Part shown: one piece after another, positions 61,136 to 64,000 of the stretch
How positions within the stretch are numbered: position 1 is the first letter of the stretch
How the letters are laid out: every line of letters begins with the position of its first letter
NCBI GenBank assembly: GCA_013265495.1
Contig: MU058252.1
Coordinates: 2,266,244 to 2,330,243 of the forward strand
Direction of reading: 5' to 3'
DNA from: Vicugna vicugna
Lineage: Eukaryota
DNA length: 64,000 nt
Notes under the pieces: model-generated
Seen by the model: the letters and a program-made list of their open reading frames with translations, nothing else
The model's database searches: none
Told to the model about the DNA's origin: nothing
Program-made: the position numbers and the translations under genes

Positions 61136-62907
61136 GTCAGGAAAAGGGAGATGGTAGGGTGGCTTCCAGGGTGTGGCCTCTGTGTGCTGAAACGGGTTGT
61201 GTGGGCAGAGCCAGTGGAAGAGACGAGGGTAGCTGGCTTGGGGTATAAAGAGCCCGAGGTGCTGAAAGACCTCGGCTGGAGAGGTCTGATGGTGGAGTCA
61301 TTAGTCCGTTGGTGACATCTGAAGCTTTGGGGACTGAGGAGATGGCCCAGGAGAATGGGTGGGGAAGACAGCTGGTGAGCAAACTCAGATGCTGGAAGGG
61401 TTCAGAGGCGCCAGGCTGGGCGGAAGCAGCCTGGGGAGGAGGGAAGGAAGGAGAATGTTGTCACGGAACCCAGGTGGAAGATAGCCTCTTAAATCAGCAG
61501 GCAGCTCCATCCAAACAGGAAATGCCCAGTGAATTCTGCACGTGGGCATCATTGGTGTCCACAGCCAGACTGGTTTTAGGAGCACAGGTGTGGGGATGTC
61601 ACCATGAGTCAAACAAGGAGGCGACATCACTACCTGGAAAATGAAGGCGTTAATAAAACCCCGAGGCATAGGGGGGAGCCGAACTGGGGAGACAGGAGCG
61701 CGCTCTGGAGTTTCTTGGGACATCCTGGGAGGGACAAGGAGCGGCTCCTGTGCGAGCCTGCGGATGCAGGGAGTGAGGAGACCGGAAGGGGGAGACGCCT
61801 TTAATAAAGGGATGTGTTCAAATCCGGGGCACAGACGAGTCGTCCAAGGGGGCACTCTGGGTCCAGACTGTTGACTATTGGCAATTTAGTAAACTAGTCC
61901 ACCGGGGACTGAATTCATTGCTTTATAGCCTCTTAGCTGGAAATTAACCAGTGAGAATTGTGAAGTCCTAGAGAATCTGGGGCTCCGCTGCACTTACACA
62001 AATGTGCACCGTGCGCGTGTGTGTGCGCACAGCCCTCTTTTAAGGGATGGAGCAAAAGTGAACCAGAGAAAACACGCAGACCCTAAGTATCGCGTCCTCT
62101 AAGTAGGGCCCTGTGCCGCCGTCCACGTGCTGGGGAGGATGGAGAATTAGACCGCAGGCTGATGAAGGTAGGGGCTGCGTGTAAGAGACGGTTACCTCAC
62201 GTCGGATTCCAGAGCGTTTCCGTAGTCTGCCCTGCAAACATGCCTGGTTCACTTTTGACATCTCTTGAAATAGAAGGAAAGCTATAAAAACAGAGAACTC
62301 AGTGAAGGTGGCTAACTTGCTTGGGTTTTCCTGTCTTACGACACTTTTTTAAGGGTTAGTATCTAAACCCCAGGGTCTGAGTAAAAAAGCACAATTTTTG
62401 GAAATATTCCGGTGATATTTGTGAAAGTACCTGGCCCATTATTTATATTTTAATAGTTGCTGGGAACTCAGGGTAACATTTTGTTTTTAAAAAATGTAAA
62501 CCAGGTTAACAGCTGGATTGTCACAGACCACTGGTTGTTTTCTTTTAATAATACTTGATTTAGTAATAAACAGATGTTCCTGGGTTCAATGGCGTCAGAT
62601 GAATTAATCACATCAGCATTGGCTTTATTCCTCCTTAAAGAGGACTTTAAAAAAATAGAAATGTAGCTTTGCCAAATGCCCAATAATTTGGAGGACTTAA
62701 AAAAAATCTGGCTTTCTCACATGTAATGCATCTGTAGATTCTGATAATACTTCAGCTAAGCTGATATCAGGAATTTAGGTGAAGTGGCAAAAAAAAAGTC
62801 CCCAGCATCCGTTGCCAAGGGAACAGAGGACGATTACCTGCCTGTGATTCATTGTGCTTCTCCGCAGGTCAGCAGGGGAGGCGGGAAAAGAGCTGCTCAG
62901 ACAGTTC

Positions 62908-63028
62908 CAGTCCCAGGTTCAGATCCCGGCTCTACCACAGACTTATTATAGGGAAGAAAATCTTTCAGCCTCACTTCACTTCTCTTGTTGTAAAATGAGA
63001 CCGATTACTACGTGTATTCCTCAGAGGA
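62908..63028 (+). mobile_element. MIR SINE fragment
   Basis: 'ccaggttcagatcccggctctaccac...agcctcacttc...tgtaaaatgag'. Confidence 0.6.
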
Positions 63029-63871
63029 AAGTTGGGATCTATCTATTAACTTATGAAATTTCTATTAACTTATGAAAAGGTCCTGGAAAACTTCCGGTTG
63101 TTTCACGAGTGATCGTCTGTATGCCATGCCCGTGAGTAGATGTCTTAGCTCTAACGCACGTGCCCGCAGCTTCCCCTTCAACGTTTGCACTTGCTTTTCT
63201 AAGACTGGTTTTTCCTGAGTGGCATATTTAATCATGGAGGCCCTGCAAAATTCTTCAAGAAAATAACCAAGACAGTTTTCTACATTAAAATCCATCTTGA
63301 ACAAGAATGGCTCCCTGCTTAACAGAAAATGAAACCTGGAAGCACCGAGCATCCTTCAGATAGTTTGGTTAATTGACATTACGGGAAACCGTGTTCGTAA
63401 CGTTCACTCAAACCGTATCCGTGGACCAATCTCTGAAAATTGGCGAATGAAGTGCAGTTTATTAAGGTAATGTCATGGTATTAATCAGTGGCCGTTATCC
63501 CTTCATCCTACCTTGAAACTGTCCTCTCTGAGATAACGGAGGCTGGAGATAAATGCATGGTATCAAATAAGTGTGCTTTAATGTAAAGCTAATCAAGAAC
63601 AGCGCGGTATAAAGCAGCAGCTCGTCTTCTCCACGCGTGTGTGTGCACGCTTGTCGCTTTTTGCTGACATAGGTTCAGCGATCATGTGATGAGCTGCAAC
63701 TTGAGAGGCTGTAAAAGGGGGAACTATCCCAATCAGGGTTCACAAGGGTGACCCCTAACGAGTGAGTTATGTATACAGATTGTATTTATAGGCCACTGAG
63801 ATTTCCCGGGGGGGGGCGGTGCTGGCAGGAGAAAGGAGAGACCTGCCATTTGCCTACTGTGTGCCCGCATT

Positions 63872-64000
63872 CTATTTTTAATTTTTAACTTTTTAAAATC
63901 AAAGTATAGTCAGTTACCATGTGTCAATTTATGGTGCACAACACAATGTCCCAGTCATGCATATGCATACATATAGTCCTCTTCATATTCTTTTTCATTA
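63872..64000 (-). mobile_element. L1 3' end running off the window edge
   Basis: T-rich tail then 'aagtatagtcagttaccatgtgtcaattt', similar to 44697-44800. Confidence 0.8.

Overview
Mammalian genomic DNA, most likely a camelid: it has two tRNA-Ala-derived SINEs of the Vic-1 type and cetartiodactyl-type L1 3' ends, and I saw no ruminant or pig SINEs. The only coding sequence I can support is the first coding exon of the long isoform of DPP6 (+ strand, 36030-36263, 78 codons, then GTAAGA). It lies in a CpG-island promoter. The rest is intronic or upstream sequence with L1, L2, MIR, MaLR/ERV LTRs, hAT DNA transposon relics and simple repeats. The best leads are a near-canonical REST/NRSE site in intron 1, an apparent L1-mobilised polyadenylated copy of a MaLR LTR with a 14-bp TSD, a cluster of three upstream ORFs bracketed by complementary tracts, a triple-nested LTR/L1 stack, and signs of A/T-to-G/C biased substitution. 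I found no convincing new multi-gene system. Repeat family names come from memory of consensus sequences, not from a database search, and boundaries of old repeats are approximate.
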